24,230 bases of DNA from a virus (lineage: Duplodnaviria > Caudoviricetes): positions 1 to 24,230 of the IMG/VR virus record IMGVR_UViG_3300049211_000004. One strand, written 5' to 3'. The notes under the pieces were generated by a model. The model did not search any database and was not told where the DNA came from. It was given only the letters and a program-made list of their open reading frames with translations. How positions within the stretch are numbered: position 1 is the first letter of the stretch; every line of letters starts with the position of its first letter. Below, piece by piece: positions 23,687 through 24,230 of this stretch. The position numbers and the translations under genes are program-made.

Positions 23687-24156
23687 AATCCCAATCGCTG
23701 CGCGATTTGGGATTGCATCCACGTGAGTATTAGGGCAAGGCATTCCGAAATGCCTCTAGGGACTCCCCCACAGGGAGTCCTCTAGGGAGGGTCTCCAGGG
23801 AGCTTCCACGAGCTCCCTGCGCTACCTACGAGCGAGGGAGAAGCCTCGAAGGCTTCTCCCGAGCGAGTCTGAGAACCGAAGCGAAGAGAGCCTCTAGAGG
23901 AGGCTCTCGGAGCGGAGGTTCTCTCGGGGCTCGGTCTGTTGAACCGAGCCCTTTAGGGGAGCGCCTAGAGGCGCTCCCAGATGAGAACCCCTAGAAAAAA
24001 GGGGTTCTCATTACTATTAACCCCCTTAGATTGGGCCTCTTAGAGAGGCCCTCTGAGAAACTAGACCAGTTCTGCAAAACCGCAGGTCAGAGAGTTGCGT
24101 GCAACTAGACCACTTAGAGCAAATCTCAGCATACGGACGCCCTTGGAGAGCTCTCC
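23687..24156. repeat. Dense array of about 11 back-to-back inverted repeats in non-coding DNA
   Basis: Stems at 23687-23714, 23738-23755, 23756-23785, 23796-23819, 23836-23860, 23871-23923 (nested 23886-23908), 23927-23951, 23957-23978, 23981-24011, 24033-24051 and 24093-24106, plus a palindrome at 24145-24156. Confidence 0.9.
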
Positions 24157-24230
24157 TGGGCCAGATCCCCTCCAGCCATCGAGGTAGAAGGGGTGATGAT
24201 GGAGGGGGGAGGGGGCCGCGCGTTTAAACC

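Noticed and set aside
23687-24156. CRISPR array or REP/transposon-end repeats
   Set aside because: The hairpins differ in sequence, there is no constant repeat with regular spacers, and no cas or transposase gene is present.

Overview
A high-GC tailed-phage segment containing an apparently complete virion morphogenesis and lysis module, read on the minus strand from right to left. Order: small ORF, terminase with an N-terminal HTH, portal, small ORF, non-canonical tRNA-Trp(CCA), a putative virion protein, a 1776-aa putative internal/ejection protein, further core proteins including an NlpC/P60 hydrolase, two unannotated mini-ORFs (one a Zn-ribbon), a structured leader, scaffold, major capsid, a lysis block (small membrane protein, 81-aa ORF, GDPD-like phosphodiesterase, amidase endolysin), fibre 2, two small proteins, adaptor, fibre 1, nozzle, holin and terminator. 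No tape measure, tube or sheath is recognisable, which points to a podovirus-type phage; an actinobacterial host is inferred. At the left is a plus-strand moron-like gene for a secreted protein with its own promoter, followed by a structured putative sRNA. Both flanks are non-coding and hairpin-rich, and the right flank (23641-24160) holds about a dozen back-to-back hairpins. The most unusual items are the compact tRNA-Trp with a 3' pseudoknot inside the late operon, the hairpin array and the basic GDPD next to the endolysin. All calls come from reading motifs by eye; no searches were run.
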